DNA of 64,000 nucleotides from an uncultured Verrucomicrobiae bacterium (GCA_963782115.1 CAWAIK010000003.1:256001-320000), one strand, 5' to 3'. Positions 42,148 through 53,499 are shown, numbered from the stretch's first letter. Numbers and translations are program-made. Notes: generated by a model from the letters alone, not told the origin.

Positions 42148-42620
42148 TTGTTGGCGCCACCGAGCGATGCTTTCAGGTATCCGCCGGTTCTCCGAGTTGT
42201 GTATAATGATCAGGGTTGAAACCCTGGGCTGAATCCTCCTGTTCCTTCGGGACGAAGAACCATCCCAAACAGCCCTTAACTTAGCGACATTCGGGACAGC
42301 ATGTTATCATTAAGCTGGGGGGAGAACAGCGTGTTTATTGCTAATTCTTTTAATCGGCATCTGAATAGTCGGCACCGTCGTCGCCGCAATCGCCGAGGTC
42401 ACCCAGCCACCAGAATGAGAGACGGAATTTTCGATCACTCAGGCTTTCGGGGGTGTAGCTCGGAACTCGCTACGCTGATGGGTGTCACCGTTACCGAAAG
42501 AAGGGTTTTGCGGCCATGCCTCGCCAGACCGTAACTTTTTCCGCTTTCGCTATGCACCAACAAAGGAAGACCGCATGAGACTTTCAAACAGCCGCAGATG
42601 CTCCACGTGAAAGTTCATGC

Positions 42621-43004
42621 TTATTCCTTTTCATCGGGTGCGTACTCAGGAGGACAATAGGTATTGAATGTGACTGCCACTGTTCGGCCGGAATTAGTAA
42701 ACTTATGTTTTACTCCCGCTGGAATAATCACCATGTCTCCGGTGTTCATCTCAAAACGTTCGGAGCCGATCTCAGCAGCCATTGCGCCTTCGATTAGCAA
42801 AAGGAGTTGCTCGCTCTCCACGTGCGATTCAGCATTTTCTCCAGTCGCTTTACCTGGGTCCAGCCGCATCACGGCTGCTTGGCTGCGGTCGGTAGTTTGA
42901 AGAACTTCAAACCATCCTTTTGCTTGATTGATGTCGAGCGTTGCTCTCCAGATTTCTCTTCGGCGCTGAGAAATCTTTAGATGCCAGCCCCTTCGAATTT
43001 CCAT
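42621..43004 (-). CDS. Cupin-domain protein (start uncertain)
   Basis: ESHVESEQ...[16 protein letters not shown]...YCPPEY. Confidence 0.85.
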   Translation of the reverse strand: MEIRRGWHLKISQRRREIWRATLDINQAKGWFEVLQTTDRSQAAVMRLDPGKATGENAESHVESEQLLLLIEGAMAAEIGSERFEMNTGDMVIIPAGVKHKFTNSGRTVAVTFNTYCPPEYAPDEKE

Positions 43005-43364
43005 TTTTCGATACCTCTCTTATCGAAATGCACGCCGCCAGTGACACCGACAATCCCACTGACAACTGACACTGGCAACTTCCTCCGGCCATCAACGGTC
43101 AGCGTTCCCTGCCGCCTGGTGCTCAAGACGACGCGTCCGCGCGAAGAGTTCGGTGCGCGAGCGAGTGATGGTTGTTTAAATCGCTTCTTGGGCAGTTTGT
43201 GGCAAGCGGAACTGACAATTGAAGCGGACAGGCGTTCTCAAACGACGCCGTGTGATGCAGTTCCAAATGGACAATCCAGAGTGGTTTTTTGGATGATCCG
43301 CCTTTCAGGGTGCTTGAGTGATCACGAAGCACCCACAACGAGGTCAGCCAACGAACAAGGCCAT

Positions 43365-44546
43365 ATGAGAGCGCTTTGTTGGTATGGAAAAGAAGATGTC
43401 CGGGTTGAAACCGTACCAGACCCAAAGATTATGAATCCAAACGACGCAATCGTGAAGATCACGTCTACGGCAATCTGCGGCTCCGACCTCCATCTTTACG
43501 ATGGTTTGATGCCCACCATGGAAAAAGGTGATGTCCTGGGCCATGAACCTATGGGTGAGGTGGTGGAAATTGGTAGCCAGGTTAAAAAAGTGAAAGTGGG
43601 TGACCGGGTGGTGGTGCCTTTTACTATATCCTGTGGAACCTGCTGGTTCTGTGAAAGGAGTTTGTTCTCACTTTGTGACACGTCCAATCCCAACAAGGAG
43701 ATGGCGCGAAAAGCGATGGGACAGTCCCCGGCTGGTTTGTTTGGGTACTCCCACATGCTCGGCGGCTTTCCAGGGGGCCAAGCTGAATATTTAAGAGTGC
43801 CGTTTGCTGATGTCGGACCCATGAAAATTCCCGAAGGTCTGGATGACGAGCAGGTCCTTTTTTTATCCGATATTTTCCCGACCGGTTACATGGCCGCCGA
43901 GAACGCGCAGATCCAGCCCGGCGATACGGTTGCGGTCTGGGGTTGCGGGCCAGTCGCACAGTTCGCAATCAAGAGTTCCTGGATGCTGGGTGCTGGTCGG
44001 GTAATCGGCATTGATTGTGTGCCGGAACGGTTGCAAATGGCAGCCGATCAAGGCAAAACCGAGACGATCAATTTCGAAAAAGAAAATGTCCAGGAACGCC
44101 TCATGGAAATGACGGACGGCCGCGGACCAGATGGTTGTATCGACGCCGTAGGTTGTGAGGCACATTCGAGTTCCGGTCTTTCTACAGTGCTCGACCAAGC
44201 GAAAGCGGTCGTTGCCCTGGCAGCGGATCGTCCCCACGTACTTCGGGAGGCCATTCTTTGTTGCCGTAAGGGAGGGACGATTTCTGTTCCCGGTGTCTAT
44301 ATCGGCTTCCCTGACAAAATTCCGTTTGGAGCAGCAATGAACAAAGGTCTCACCTTTAAAACTGGCCAGACGCATGTACAGCGTTATACCAAACCGCTCC
44401 TGGATAGAATTGAAAGGGGTGAGATTGACCCATCTTTTGTGATTACGCATCGAGTCAATTTGGAGGAGGCTCCTGCAGCTTATAAAAAGTTTCGGGATAA
44501 AGAGGACGGCTGCATCAAAGTTGTGCTGAAACCGCAGCTTGGATGA
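43365..44546 (+). CDS. Zinc-dependent alcohol/formaldehyde dehydrogenase (YbdR-like)
   Basis: [36 protein letters not shown]. Confidence 0.93.
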   Translation: MRALCWYGKEDVRVETVPDPKIMNPNDAIVKITSTAICGSDLHLYDGLMPTMEKGDVLGHEPMGEVVEIGSQVKKVKVGDRVVVPFTISCGTCWFCERSLFSLCDTSNPNKEMARKAMGQSPAGLFGYSHMLGGFPGGQAEYLRVPFADVGPMKIPEGLDDEQVLFLSDIFPTGYMAAENAQIQPGDTVAVWGCGPVAQFAIKSSWMLGAGRVIGIDCVPERLQMAADQGKTETINFEKENVQERLMEMTDGRGPDGCIDAVGCEAHSSSGLSTVLDQAKAVVALAADRPHVLREAILCCRKGGTISVPGVYIGFPDKIPFGAAMNKGLTFKTGQTHVQRYTKPLLDRIERGEIDPSFVITHRVNLEEAPAAYKKFRDKEDGCIKVVLKPQLG

Positions 44547-44710
44547 TAGTGGAACAGTGGAACGGCAATTCGACGTTAAGCGCGTCCGTCGGTATTATTA
44601 AGATCCTGATGTTTCTTGGCTTATGGTTTCTTTTACCTTGGACACAAAAACTGCGAGTCAGACGCGGGCACGGCAGCAATCCTGAAACCTAACGAGTTAA
44701 TTTCCGAAGA

Positions 44711-45265
44711 ATGAAAAACAAAGATCCTCATCTTCTATCCAATTTGCCAGCCTACAGCGAGGAAGGTGCCGTTCATGCCGTTGTGGAAGCACCCAAGGGT
44801 TCGCTGATAAAGCTCAAGTATGAAATCAAGCTAGGAGCTTTCTCGGTCGCTCATTCATTACCCTTGGGCTTGTCTTATCCTTTCGATTGGGGATTTGTTC
44901 CAAGTACGCAAGCTCCGGATGGCGATCCTTTGGATATCTTGATTTTGCACGAGGCATCGACTTATCCAGGGGTAGTGTTGCCCTGTCGACCGCTGGGCGT
45001 TGTGGAAATGGATCAGGAAGATAAAGATGGGAAGAGGGAAAGGAATGATCGCGTGATTGTAATGCCCGCCTGGCACGATCGCGTAGGTGAATTTGAAAAT
45101 CCATCGGATTTGTCGACTCGTTTGCGAGAGGAAATCGAGCAGTTTTTTTTGAGTACCACTTTTTTTACTGCAAAAAAGCCCGAGATCTTAGCCTGGAAAG
45201 GGCCGAAAAGAGCCTCCGCAGTCATAAAAGAGAGCAATAAGTCCTATCTACTTCAGGACGTTTAA
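44711..45265 (+). CDS. Family I inorganic pyrophosphatase-like protein
   Basis: VEAPKGS, YPFDWGFVPST, DGDPLDIL, EIEQFF. Confidence 0.85.
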   Translation: MKNKDPHLLSNLPAYSEEGAVHAVVEAPKGSLIKLKYEIKLGAFSVAHSLPLGLSYPFDWGFVPSTQAPDGDPLDILILHEASTYPGVVLPCRPLGVVEMDQEDKDGKRERNDRVIVMPAWHDRVGEFENPSDLSTRLREEIEQFFLSTTFFTAKKPEILAWKGPKRASAVIKESNKSYLLQDV

Positions 45266-45473
45266 TTGGGGACTCGCTCACCGTTGAAAAGAGGAAGGTG
45301 CCATGAAACTGCAAGACAGCAGGAGCTTTGGATGAAGTGGCTGAGGCACGCCGACAGAGATGCGTGAGAGAGGGAAGGTCGGGAGGTGACAACCCAGGAC
45401 TCCCATCGCGGCGGCAACAATGCCGGCCTGGGGCTTCGCCGCGTTACAGGCCATTTAACCCGTGAGTCCTAAG

Positions 45474-45842
45474 TTACTCACTTTCGGGCGGTTTCGCTTG
45501 TTCCACCACTAGTTTAGCGACATAGGTGGCGATCAACGGCTTGGAGATTTTCCAAGCTTCTTTCAAAAATTTGTCGAGGGGTCTATCTGCACGCCTTTTG
45601 ACCGGCTTTTGACTTGAGCTGTCAATATAGATCCTCTTTTTACGCGCGGGTAAGCCAGAAAGAAGCCATCCAAAAATGGCGGCGCAACTGGCCCATTCCC
45701 ACGGATGACTTTTTATCGATTCCAGAATGTGTTCTTTCAAACCGAGAGTGTGCCTTAGGTGCGATATTTCCTTTTGCACCTGAATTCTGACTTCGGTTAG
45801 GGCAGCCGTTATTTGCCGCTTCTTATGGTGTGTCTCACCCAT
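45474..45842 (-). CDS. Hypothetical protein, third gene of the DUF883 operon
   Basis: Translationally coupled; HPWEWASCAAIFGWLL hydrophobic segment. Confidence 0.6.
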   Translation of the reverse strand: MGETHHKKRQITAALTEVRIQVQKEISHLRHTLGLKEHILESIKSHPWEWASCAAIFGWLLSGLPARKKRIYIDSSSQKPVKRRADRPLDKFLKEAWKISKPLIATYVAKLVVEQAKPPESE

Positions 45843-45944
45843 TCACGATCCTTTTGAAGCTCAGAAAAAAACGGCAAGATCTCGGATTGAATCTACCGGC
45901 GATGGTGCCGAATCTCGCGGTGATGGCGAAACATCAGGCTCCAT
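45830..45944 (-). pseudogene. Collapsed YqjE/holin-like membrane gene
   Basis: Start MEPDVSPS... joined to the tail ELQKDREW, with the TM core missing; lies after DUF883. Confidence 0.5.
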
Positions 45945-45947
45945 GAG

Positions 45948-46274
45948 TCATTCACGAAACAGAAGACCCAATAGAAATCCCAGTCCGAGAGCCATTAAGA
46001 CGGCCTTGGTCGGGTTGGCGCGAACGTAAGCCTCGCCTTTGGTGTGCCAACTCTTCGCCTGGGACATCGTATCAGACCAGACACTTTCCGCAGCGCCACG
46101 GAACTCTTGAGCCTTGCCTTGCGCAGCCTCTCTAAGTTCATCGGTCTTTTGCCCTGCGGCATGACGGATATCTTCGACTTTCGCGCTGGCCGCTCCCTTG
46201 AGATCGCTGGCGGTGGTTCTTAAATTATCTGTACCGCTTTCTGCTGCTTCCTCGGCATTTTTATTTTCGTCCAT
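45948..46274 (-). CDS. DUF883 (ElaB/YqjD) family protein
   Basis: GGAG RBS; YVRANPTKAVLMALGLGFLLG tail. Confidence 0.9.
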   Translation of the reverse strand: MDENKNAEEAAESGTDNLRTTASDLKGAASAKVEDIRHAAGQKTDELREAAQGKAQEFRGAAESVWSDTMSQAKSWHTKGEAYVRANPTKAVLMALGLGFLLGLLFRE

Positions 46275-46664
46275 AAACTGCTCCTCCAAAGATGACTGGT
46301 TTGCTCTTAGACTAAAATCTACCAGAGAGATGGACAGATTTGCTGCGTTCCACCGGTGGATCTCAACTTCCAAAAACCTACACTTTTGTGCCTGATATTC
46401 GCCGTATGATTGCCATTTGGATGTACCGAAAGCTCGGACTGCTGCCGTGGCACATAAATGCAGCCAATGAAGGCGCGGCGGCCACGATCCGATAATCGAG
46501 CTGGAGTGATCACGAAGCACCTGGCGGCATTTCTCGGCTGGATCCTTTCGAGGCGTCAGCAAGGAAAAAGAAGATTTACCTCGCACACTTCGATCCACAG
46601 AACTTCGTGAGGCCACGCGCCACGCGTACATCCGATTGACATTTTCGGGACGAACTCTAGTCCT

Positions 46665-47156
46665 GTGGAACTTAATACTCTCAAAGATCTCTATTTTCAT
46701 GAGCTGAAGGATCTTTTCAGCGCAGAACAGCAACTCGTAAAGGCGTTACCCAAGATGGCAAAGGCGGCGGCCAATAAGGAACTCGCTGCTGGTTTTCAGC
46801 AGCATCTTGAACAGACTAAAGAACATGCTCAACGTTTGCAGCAGATTCTGTCGAGCCGCCAGCAATCCACTCGCGGACCAAAATGCAAGGGAATGGAAGG
46901 TATTGTGGCCGAAGGGGCTGAAATGATCAAGGAAGAAGCCGACGACGAAGTCAAAGACGCAGGACTGATCGCGGCTGCGCAACGAGTTGAGCATTACGAA
47001 ATGGCCGGGTACGGAACTGCGCGGACTTATGCTGAACTCTTGGGCGATCAAGAGGGCCTAAAACTTCTTCAAACGACGCTGGAAGAAGAGAGACAAACAG
47101 ATCAAAAGCTCTCAAAGTTGGCGAAGTCGGCAATAAACGTGGCCGCTGCCAAGTAG
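46665..47156 (+). CDS. YciE/YciF (DUF892) ferritin-like protein
   Basis: ELKDLFSAEQQ, HLEQT..H, AAQRVEHYEMAGYGT. Confidence 0.93.
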   Translation: MELNTLKDLYFHELKDLFSAEQQLVKALPKMAKAAANKELAAGFQQHLEQTKEHAQRLQQILSSRQQSTRGPKCKGMEGIVAEGAEMIKEEADDEVKDAGLIAAAQRVEHYEMAGYGTARTYAELLGDQEGLKLLQTTLEEERQTDQKLSKLAKSAINVAAAK

Positions 47157-47187
47157 ATCCCTCTCTCTGGTGTTTCAGGCTAATTCG

Positions 47188-47433
47188 TCACAGCTTTTCT
47201 TTGAGTGCAGCTTTGACTGTTCGCTTCCAGATCGACTTTCCTGCCCTCGCTGCCCTCTTGGCCGTCCTGTGTTCATCACTAGTCGCCACCAGGAGGCTCC
47301 GGTTGTTGCGCGTGACCTCGAATACGAATCTCTTCTCGGCGCGCGTGACCACTTCGAGAGCAATGACTTCATCATCGATCTTTATCATGTTGACCGTGAC
47401 CCGGTCCGGTGTCTGCTCGTGGGTTGTTTGCAA
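47188..47433 (-). CDS. Small hypothetical protein
   Basis: 81-aa ORF with an AAAGGT RBS-like sequence upstream. Confidence 0.4.
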   Translation of the reverse strand: MQTTHEQTPDRVTVNMIKIDDEVIALEVVTRAEKRFVFEVTRNNRSLLVATSDEHRTAKRAARAGKSIWKRTVKAALKEKL

Positions 47434-47650
47434 GTTTTTCTACCTTTCGTCATTCCCTTAAGGATGGGTCTTCCCCGTCGAGTGTGCAATGTAAGCAGCA
47501 ATTCGAATCTTTGCGTGAAGGCGAGTCAAAATGTTGCGGAAGGCCCCACGCTTCCAGGAAAAATCATCGGCATCACCGGCACGATCGAACTTTACGAAGG
47601 AAAGCTCTCTTCGAATTGCTGCGTCACGTGCATCGCCAGCCCGGGCCATC

Positions 47651-48166
47651 AGCGCCGGTGGGCAGGGATGCGGATCTGGCCGTTTTCGTCTTGCGAACTG
47701 CCGGCATTGTTGCCCAGCCGTTTCGGAGCATGTCCCATCTTCATGAGGTGCTCCAAGCAGAGGGGAATTTGGTGGGGCCTCTGGCGCTGACCGAGGAAGC
47801 CTTGGTGTCCCCGATGGAATACTCAAGCCTGACTGAGTGGATTGAACATCAAGAGCCGTGGTCGGAACTGCCGATCCTCTTTCTTACTCATCCAGGTCAG
47901 CCGACGAGAGTCAAAGAAAAACGCTCGCGAGTTCTGAGTCTTCGCGCTGCCGTCACGGTTCTTGAACGGCCCGTTCGACCCACCACCTTGATCGGCACGT
48001 TGCGCGTGGCGCTGCAGTCGCGCCAACGCCAATATCAGCTCCGGTGGATTCTCAGCGGCGTGCGGGCATAGAACTGCAACGTGCTCGGCTTGAGGCTGAA
48101 GCTGCTAATCGAGCAAAGAATCTGTTCCTAGCCACCCTTTCCCATGAGCTTCGTACTCCGCTGAAT
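47651..48166 (+). pseudogene. Sensor histidine kinase remnant
   Basis: APVGRDA...QEPWSELP...LERPV...RQRQYQLR, then out of frame [24 protein letters not shown] (H-box); truncated. Confidence 0.8.
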
Positions 48167-48321
48167 GTATCTCATGAGGAATGGCCGCAAAGATGAGACG
48201 TTGATGTGGAAATCCCAGAGGAGGTCACACTACCTTCCGGCTTTTACTTGTCCCGGCCATGTACCTCCGCAGGTGGGCTGGTCGCTTCAACTGCAGTAAA
48301 GGTTACCATATATAGCGGCAA

Positions 48322-48693
48322 ATGATTGTTGAAACTACACCATATTGCGGTTATAATCTTCTCACGCGCCTCTCCTTTCCATCACGTTTTATGGATAGAT
48401 ATCGTTTTTTAACAGATCGAATTCATGCGGAAATGAACGAAGGCTCTGGTAAAGCCTTCTCACTGACCATCAGATCAGATCTCGGCTGCATCCTTTTGGA
48501 AACGCGCGCTCAGTACATGCACCAAGCCTTTCAGAGGCTTATTGACTGGTCCGCCAAAGAGATAAGCCAAGATGTTTGCGCGATTATTACTGGGCCGAAC
48601 GGATTTTACGCAAACCACCGAATCAAGGCTTCACGAGACTTTGGCTGGGTAGAATGCGAGGAGGCGTTATCAGAGACGTCCTTGCAGTTGTGA
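48322..48693 (+). CDS. Hypothetical protein
   Basis: ORF only; no motif recognised. Confidence 0.3.
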   Translation: MIVETTPYCGYNLLTRLSFPSRFMDRYRFLTDRIHAEMNEGSGKAFSLTIRSDLGCILLETRAQYMHQAFQRLIDWSAKEISQDVCAIITGPNGFYANHRIKASRDFGWVECEEALSETSLQL

Positions 48694-48976
48694 TCGTATT
48701 CGCAGGCAAGAAAAACGCGCTTTCGCCCTTGCGTGTTTTTAATTGTCGAAGTTGTCGTTCTCTCGTTGGGTGAACGCGGGCTTTGGCGGCCATGTCATCG
48801 AGCTAATCATGATGCGGCTTTTATTTTCAAAAACGACGATTGGAACCGTTCAGTGCGCAAGGGGCAAAGCTTTGTCCAAAGCTGGCAGAAAAAAGTACTC
48901 ACCCCCACATGACGCTCTCATCGACACCGAGCTTTTTGCGTTCGTGATAAATCCCGTGTCTGAGGATGCCTTCTTT

Positions 48977-49115
48977 GGTTCTTCCCAATCGTTAGGTGCA
49001 ATCCCATGCGCTGGAGTCCGCTCGATGTAGAAGTCGGCGCAACGCTGGGCGGTATCCAGGAACCTGGCGTCTTGGGCAAATTGAAAGGCCGTAGTGAAAC
49101 CATAGATCGCCCACG
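48977..49115 (-). pseudogene. Fragment of a GH88-like unsaturated glucuronyl hydrolase
   Basis: Manual translation WAIYGFTTAFQFAQDARFLDTAQRCADFYIERTPAHGIAPNDWEEP. Confidence 0.65.
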
Positions 49116-49639
49116 TTTGTCCTCGTGCCCAATTCGAATCGTTGCGCCATCCTTCGGTTACAAATTGTGGCTTGTGGCTCCTACTTTCGTGCTGATGCGT
49201 CCTCGCGAAGCTCGTTAAAACGCTCCCATCGAGATAAGGGGATTGGCAGCTCCAAGAGAAAACAAGGCGAACTCCTTCCGGAATTCAACGCATCCTCAAA
49301 GTCCTTTCTTGTCATCGAAAGCAGCGGTCCGACAACAATTTCTCCTGCATTATTAGGGAGCCATCATCCTCAAAGTCTTTTTTTCCGCTGCAAATTGCTG
49401 AACCTCGTCGACCAGTTCCTTGCGGAGTTCGTCGGCACGGAGGCCGGCTCGTTGACAATGAGTTCTTCGCGGCAGCAGGCGCGTATGCCCTGGTCTATTC
49501 GACTAATTTGTTACTTAGACATCCCGCGAGTTTCCAGCACCAGCGCCTCCTGGGCCGGATCGCTGCAGAAAGATGAAGAGTCCGGGCATTTCCTCGCAGC
49601 CACAAGCCGGGTCAGCCGCGAAACATCCAAAAACGCCCA

Positions 49640-50140
49640 ATGAATACCCAAACCAACCGGCGCGATTTCATGAAAGTGGCCGTCCTGGCTAGGCGGCGCA
49701 GCGACCTTGGCCGGCGTTCGCCTGGCCCGCGCTGCGGAACATAGCGATGCTGGAACTACCCTCAGTAGAGGAGAAACTCCTACGGAGCAACCAATTCCTC
49801 TCGCTCCACCCAAAAAGCAGCAACCGAAATTGCCCATTCCCGAGCCAGTGCCGCGGAAAGTTGGCTGGGCCGTGGTTGGTCTCGGCGCGTTGGCACTCGA
49901 GGAAGTGATGCCCGCCTTTCGCGAAGCACGTTTGTCCCGTCCGGTAGCCCTGGTAAGCGGGCACCCTGAAAAGGCCAGGTGGCAGAGGCTTACGAGATCA
50001 ACCCCGGCTCAATCTACGGTTACGACAACTGCGATATCCTGTCTGAGAACAAAGAGGTTGAAGTCATCTACATCATCCTACCTAACTCGATGCACGCCGA
50101 ATTCACGATCCGAGGCCTTCGCGCGGGCAAGCATGTGCCC
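49640..50140 (+). pseudogene. Tat-type Gfo/Idh/MocA (glucose-fructose oxidoreductase-like) gene, frameshifted and truncated
   Basis: MNTQTNRRDFMK, VGWAVVGLG, ALVSG, YIILPNSMHAE...AGKHV spread over three frames. Confidence 0.85.
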
Positions 50141-50398
50141 TACCACAGGGTCGTTAGGGCGACCAACCGTCCTTAAAACGCCGCTTCCACCATCGGGATC
50201 GTTCTGGGAGCCGCTATTTCATTGTAAATTTAGCCGAATTTAAAAGCGCGGATCTTCGCGCGTCTTGATTTCGAGCATGCACAAATTGGCGTAGAATAGG
50301 CCGAAGGTCGGATCGCCTTCTTGCCCCAGGGTGTGGTGAACTCGGCGGAATCGAATTCCGGGTGCCTGCGCCCAAGACTGTTGCAACCATCTCCTTTC

Positions 50399-51070
50399 AT
50401 GAAAGAACTCGCTGAAAACATTTGGGTCCTCCCCTATTCGCTCCGGCTTTTAGGAGCAGATCTCCGCCGCATGGTGACCGTCGTCCGCCTGCGCTCGGGC
50501 GAACTGATCATCCACTCCACCGGACCATTCACGCCGGGAGATGTCGCCGCCATCCTACGCCTGGGCAATCCGGGCTGGCTTTTAGACGTCATGCTCCGGC
50601 ACGACACTTTCGCTAAGCATGGACACAAAGCCTTTCCGAATATCCCCTTCCTCGCCCCGGAGGGCTTTTCCGAAGTGGTCGGATTCTCGACCGAGCCCCT
50701 CATTCCAGCACCCGCGGCGTGGGGCGACGAGCTGGAGGTCTTGCGACTGGAAGGGATCCCGAGCATGCGGGAGCACCTCGTGTTTCATAGGCCCTCGCGC
50801 ACCTTAATCGTAGCGGACCTGCTTTTTAATTTCGGTCCTGACAGTTCGGCCTGGACCCGGCTTTTGGTCCTCTGCGCCGTTGGCCCCAGACACCATCCTG
50901 GCATGTCACGGCCGTTCCGAGTAGCGGTTAAGGACAAGGCGGCATTCCAACGATCCGTGGAGGGCCTCACCAAGTGGGACTTTGATCGGATCATCGTCGG
51001 GCACGGCGAGATCATCGCAACCGACGGTAAGCGCCAACTGGCGGGGGCGCTAAAAGAGGCCGGATTTTGA
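50399..51070 (+). CDS. DUF4336-like metallo-hydrolase-fold protein
   Basis: RMVTVVRL.SG.L.IHS, FHRPSRTLIVADL, WDFDRIIVGHG. Confidence 0.8.
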   Translation: MKELAENIWVLPYSLRLLGADLRRMVTVVRLRSGELIIHSTGPFTPGDVAAILRLGNPGWLLDVMLRHDTFAKHGHKAFPNIPFLAPEGFSEVVGFSTEPLIPAPAAWGDELEVLRLEGIPSMREHLVFHRPSRTLIVADLLFNFGPDSSAWTRLLVLCAVGPRHHPGMSRPFRVAVKDKAAFQRSVEGLTKWDFDRIIVGHGEIIATDGKRQLAGALKEAGF

Positions 51071-51146
51071 TGTACTCGCTACATTTTCGACCGGCGCGGA
51101 ACAGGTTGTTTGGCCGTATGATGAAGATGCGATTTTTGTAGCTTAG

Positions 51147-53402
51147 CTAGCGATGGAGGTAACGGACAGCGACGATCGCGGGTTGCTCAAGCAAGCGGCC
51201 GGCCGCGATGTCGAAGGCGAGCCGGATGAACTGGGCGTGCGTCCAGGCCAAGGGAGTGGCCGAGAAGGTGCCGGTGCCTGACGCAAAGCCGGGCTGGCCA
51301 GCCGGCGGCTGGTTATCCCAGACCTGCTCGGGCAGCAAATCGCCGTCGTTCGAGCTACTGCTTATAGCAATAAGGTGCGCCTCCGCTCCAAACACGTTGT
51401 AAGCCGCCAAGTCGTATTCACCGCGTTCTCCGGCGAAAATGGGCCAGAGCCGGCCATGGGTCGTGAAAGTGTCAGGTGAAGTCACGCCCCACGGCGCACC
51501 GGTGGCCGTCTCGCCGTATCCGTCGAAGTTGTAGCGGTGCCAAAAGGTGCCGTTGGGGGTCGTCGTGGCGATCTGCGCATCGACTACCTGGAGGCTGTTG
51601 ATAATCACCACGTCGTAGGCGGGCTTGATTCCAAGGCGCACCAACTCAAGGAAACCGGCGTCAGCTACCTTGCGTTGGTCGATGGCACTCGGACCGCCGT
51701 CCCCGAGGCCGTAGGTGGTGCCGAGGTTGGGCATGCCGTCCTTCGTCAGGCGCAGGTAGTACGGCAACGGGCTGAAGGGCCCGTTTGTGGTCACCATCCA
51801 TTTTTCCAACTGCGACTGCCAGGAGTCGGCCGTGTTGAGGTAAAGCTGCGCGGAGACCCCGTCTCCGTTGGCTTGGGCAATGTGGGCCGCGCACACCAGG
51901 CCGGCGATCTCGCTGGCGGTGGACGAGGGGGAATAGCCGCTCTGGTTTTCCCACCGCTCGCCCGGGGTGAACGGCGCGGGATGCCCATCTGACGACACGA
52001 AGTTCACCAGGAAGTCGGCTGCCCGTTTGACGTGCGACCAAGTGGCGGCGTCCATGCGGCCGAGCTGGTAAGCGAGAATGATCGGGTCACCCACTTCGTC
52101 AAGCTGCAAGCCGCCGAAAACCGGCGTGCCGTCGAGCTTGGAGTTTTGGGGGAAGGAGCCATCGGGCTTTTGCTGGACATTGAAGAGGTAGTCCAAGGCG
52201 CGGCCCGCGCCGGCCAGGTCCCCGTCGACGAGGAGCGCCGTTACGATTTCGTACAGGTCGCGGGACCACACCGCGTGGTAGGGGCCGGAGGGATTAAACA
52301 AGCCCGTTCCCCACGCCCACGGCATCGTCGGGGAGGCGACGAACCCACCCCGGAAGGTCTTGTCCTCGCTGGCGGCGAGCACCATCGCAGAAACGGCATA
52401 CAACTGGCGTTGGTGCTTGGTAAAAAGGCTCGGCGGAGCATCGTGCAAAGAGTTCAGGTATTGGTCCCAGCCCTCGGCATATTCCTCAGAGATTTGGTTG
52501 AACCCGGCCCCCAGCGAGGCGTTTGCCGTATCGAGCGCGGCGGACTCGGCAGCTCCAAAGCCGAGCGCGAGTGTGAGGTGGCGACTGCCCCGGAGCCCGG
52601 TCAGGGGTAGCCGGCCGGTCTGCACCACGGTCCCGTTCGGCGCGGAGCTGTAGTGGGCGGTTAGCTGGTAGTGCTGGCTCAAGTCCGTCCCGCCGTCGCT
52701 CGTATCCAGGTAGCCGTTGGAAGTCTCAGTAAAGGCGGGCGAGGCGACCAACGCGCTCGCGACCTGCATCTGCGCATCGGAGGCGAGCAGCGCGTTGACC
52801 TGCGTCACCCCCGACTCATTCAGGGGCGCCTCCACCATTGGGTTGTTAAGCTGCGGCTGGTAAACGGCATAGAGCTGGTAAGGCTGGCCGTTCAACGAGG
52901 TAAACTCGACGTCGATGAGCAGGGTTGTCCGGGAAGGATCCGTGACGAAGGTGGTGGTGAGGCGCCAGCGGTTGGCCGTGTCGGTGTTGACAATTTGGTA
53001 GGTCAGGCTGTTGGGATCGTCTCCGTCCTTACGCCATCCGTGATGCTCTTCACGCCGCCCATGATCCGGGTTCACAAGTCGCGTTAGGGAGGTGGACGCG
53101 TCCTGGGCCTGTACCGCAAAGCTCTGCCCATCGGTGACGACGAAGTCGAGGTTACGGACGCTCGGCGTGTCGAGGCGAGGATAGTAGACCTCGCTTAGCC
53201 GGCCGCCCTCCAGAGTGAACCAAACGTTGCTCGCTGTGGTGTAGCTCGTGCCGAAGCCGGTTTTCTTCGAGGACAACCAATCTGCGTTACCGCCGGGGCC
53301 ACCAGGCGCCACGCCCTGAGCTTGGATCGATTGCTGACCAACGTACACTGCCGCACAGACAACCATCGCCTGCGCCAAGAGAACGAGGCTTTTTCTTTTC
53401 AT
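51147..53402 (-). CDS. Secreted GH15 glucoamylase/glucodextranase
   Basis: Signal peptide, SNVWFTL..G.LSEVYYP, YHAVWSRD, ERWEN, LLPEQVW, ATPLAW. Confidence 0.93.
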   Translation of the reverse strand: MKRKSLVLLAQAMVVCAAVYVGQQSIQAQGVAPGGPGGNADWLSSKKTGFGTSYTTASNVWFTLEGGRLSEVYYPRLDTPSVRNLDFVVTDGQSFAVQAQDASTSLTRLVNPDHGRREEHHGWRKDGDDPNSLTYQIVNTDTANRWRLTTTFVTDPSRTTLLIDVEFTSLNGQPYQLYAVYQPQLNNPMVEAPLNESGVTQVNALLASDAQMQVASALVASPAFTETSNGYLDTSDGGTDLSQHYQLTAHYSSAPNGTVVQTGRLPLTGLRGSRHLTLALGFGAAESAALDTANASLGAGFNQISEEYAEGWDQYLNSLHDAPPSLFTKHQRQLYAVSAMVLAASEDKTFRGGFVASPTMPWAWGTGLFNPSGPYHAVWSRDLYEIVTALLVDGDLAGAGRALDYLFNVQQKPDGSFPQNSKLDGTPVFGGLQLDEVGDPIILAYQLGRMDAATWSHVKRAADFLVNFVSSDGHPAPFTPGERWENQSGYSPSSTASEIAGLVCAAHIAQANGDGVSAQLYLNTADSWQSQLEKWMVTTNGPFSPLPYYLRLTKDGMPNLGTTYGLGDGGPSAIDQRKVADAGFLELVRLGIKPAYDVVIINSLQVVDAQIATTTPNGTFWHRYNFDGYGETATGAPWGVTSPDTFTTHGRLWPIFAGERGEYDLAAYNVFGAEAHLIAISSSSNDGDLLPEQVWDNQPPAGQPGFASGTGTFSATPLAWTHAQFIRLAFDIAAGRLLEQPAIVAVRYLHR

Positions 53403-53499
53403 AGGGGGAAACGACTTCGTGTCGATCCGCCAAATTATCACATTGCGTTGATTTGGAATACGACCTATTTCAGATACGACGAGTCGCAGGGTATTTAAG

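Larger units (their letters stand above)
40958..42292. mobile_element. REPtron-like structure: RAYT gene within nested inverted repeats
   Basis: Arms 40958-41145 and 42133-42292 are inverted copies over most of their length. Confidence 0.8.

Noticed and set aside
45948..46733. Long N-terminal extension of DUF883 (also of the ORFs at 42981, 10082, 31829 and 35699)
   Set aside because: Family similarity begins at downstream starts; the extensions overlap neighbours or are motif-free.
49355..49480. Possible SpoIIE/PP2C C-terminal remnant (RKELVDEVQQFAAEK/DFEDD, minus strand)
   Set aside because: Too short and frameshifted to call with confidence.
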